DNA from: Perkinsus olseni
Lineage: Eukaryota
Assembly: GCA_013115125.1 (NCBI GenBank)
Contig: JABANN010000244.1
Coordinates: 1 to 47,875 of the forward strand
Direction of reading: 5' to 3'
Length of the DNA stretch: 47,875 nucleotides
Positions 46,112 to 47,875 of this stretch are shown piece after piece. Each line of letters begins with the position of its first letter. The stretch's first letter is position 1. The position numbers and the translations under genes were made by a program. Below the pieces are notes generated by a model. That model did no database searches and had not been told where the DNA came from. It saw only the letters and a list, made by a program, of their open reading frames with translations.

Positions 46112-47875
46112 ACATCATCCTGTTTGACTCGATCCTTAGGTGAACAGTAAAATCCGTCGGCCTCTGTAGGACTCCACTTTCTGGCAGAGTGGTGTAATAC
46201 AACATAACTATTTCGAGATCTGACTATTATTTACTCGTATAACATCAGATGATAAGATATAATAACTTATCTTTTCGAGAGATGAGGTTGCGTTGCGCTT
46301 CGAGAGCGTGAATCATCAGTACCGGAAAACCGGTAGTGTTGGTCGAACTTGGCGCGGTCGGTCTAGTCGACTCGGTTTACGATGGAAGACATTCCTTGTG
46401 ATATTGGCCGTGCCAAAACAGCTCTCGCAAAACACGGTGTTTGAAAAATACCTCGTTCCCACAACCGGGCCGGATACTTCAAGTATCATACTTGGCTCAT
46501 CATGTGGAACTTCAGCCGAGCGAGGTCAGTAGGGGCGATCACTGAGTAAGATGTTCTGGCGGGTCATATTTCGCCGTCGGGTGAGCAGCAGCTTCTTGCA
46601 CGTAACTCAGCCCGGACGACCCTATACTTCAGCCCTCCTCGTATTTTAAGCTCCAGCCCCTAGCGGTGGCCTGCTACCCACCCGCGGGTAACTTGCACGA
46701 ATCCAAACCCCAGCGCGCCCCTGCCACATAGGCCTCACCTCGCGCGCGAGAGTCCTCCTGGACAGAAACAGAGAAGCGGGCCTGAAGGGGTCGGCGGAAC
46801 TCAGCCGTTCACTGGCTGATTAACCGTCATGTGGCAAGTGGTGATGACCCGGGTCTAGCCTGCCCCTAGAATTGTTAGGCTAGCAACGACTAGCCACGTG
46901 AGGAGCATTGCCGAGTGCAATTCCTGGGGAATAGGAGACGACTGGATCATAACCCACTCCAGAGACGACGCTGACACTGGCTCTTCAAAGGCGAGGGCTC
47001 GGCGCCAACTCGTGATCCCTTGGGTGTGCATAAGCGGTGGTGTTATGCTCCGTGAACACCTCCGCTCTCGAAGCACTTGCGGCGCCGAAACTTGAAGTGC
47101 CCTAAGATAAAAATGCCATACGTAGGAGCATATCATGAGTCCATCGAAAAAATTTCAGACCGTTATTCGAAGCCAGTGGCTTTGTCTTGCCTTTGTAGTT
47201 CAGAATTACTGCCGTCGAATGTCGCATGCCTTAGGATCAGCTGCAAAAGTTATGAGATCCGGCTGCTCAGGGCCTCTGCATCCTTCCTTGCGGACCAGCT
47301 AATATGTTCCCGAGCTTGGACGGGTAACGATTGGTGAGCAGCTCACCGTGAGCTCAATGCTGGTGGTTGTTCCGGGGCCCAGACAGTCCAGGCAGAAAGA
47401 GTCTGGGATACTCAAAGTCCATGTTCGAGTCTTTCATGTTCATGACGTTTAGAGTCAGACTTTGCACTCGAGTAGATCGAAAGACTTTCGACGAAAGTTA
47501 TTATCTTGCGCTGGAATAAAGATGCATATGATCAGTGATCGAGTTGAGTTGATCAGTTGAGTGAAACCAAATATACTTTAGTGATAACAAACTTGTTGTA
47601 GCGTATGACTTATGGACAAGTCTCCACTTACGCGGTCTCTTCTGAACGTATGGAAATGCGTGAGCTACGCAGACTCTACGAACCAACCCTGGAGGCGCGG
47701 AAAGACAGCTCGGACAGTGCGACCAACGCAGAACACTTGCGGGCTGTTCAGTAAAAGACCTATAAACCAGTCCCAGGATCGATCTTGAGGATTGATTTTG
47801 AAGATCGATCTTGAAAACGTGTTCAGGGAAGTCGGTCCTGAAACTCTTCAGGACTGATCCCGGGATCGATCTCAA

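Noticed and set aside
46755-46780. SRP RNA helix 8 (CCTGGACAGAAACAGAGAAG)
   Set aside because: The GAAA loop has no closing base pair, and helix 6 and the Alu domain are not in the expected order.
47501-47875. 124-aa - strand ORF at the window edge
   Set aside because: Truncated by the window, with no recognisable domain.

Overview
Eukaryotic, intron-rich protist DNA. The GC-rich exons, many ~40-90 nt GT-AG introns and very short intergenic gaps look most like a Perkinsus-type alveolate; this is inference from sequence style only. Bases 0.7-19.7 kb hold seven closely spaced + strand genes: two tandem USP48-like deubiquitinases, a hypothetical helical protein, AP-3 sigma, a histidine phosphatase (PGM family), a probable SLX4 scaffold, and a protein with apparently triplicated Rossmann/methyltransferase-like units. 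A 2.28 kb insert of decayed hAT transposase follows, flanked by a 122-bp direct duplication of that last gene's 3' end. A - strand block then encodes an amino-acid transporter, NIP7 and a dually acylated Pro/Val-rich protein. From ~26 kb the window is mostly accessory DNA: decayed hAT, Tc1/IS630 and LINE remnants, three copies (intact, frameshifted, dead) of an unrecognised secreted protein built of four ~35-aa repeats, a (GTCAC)n satellite at an assembly gap, a SIRT2-like sirtuin and several weak hypothetical genes. Exon structures were spliced by hand and family calls come from motif recognition, not database searches.
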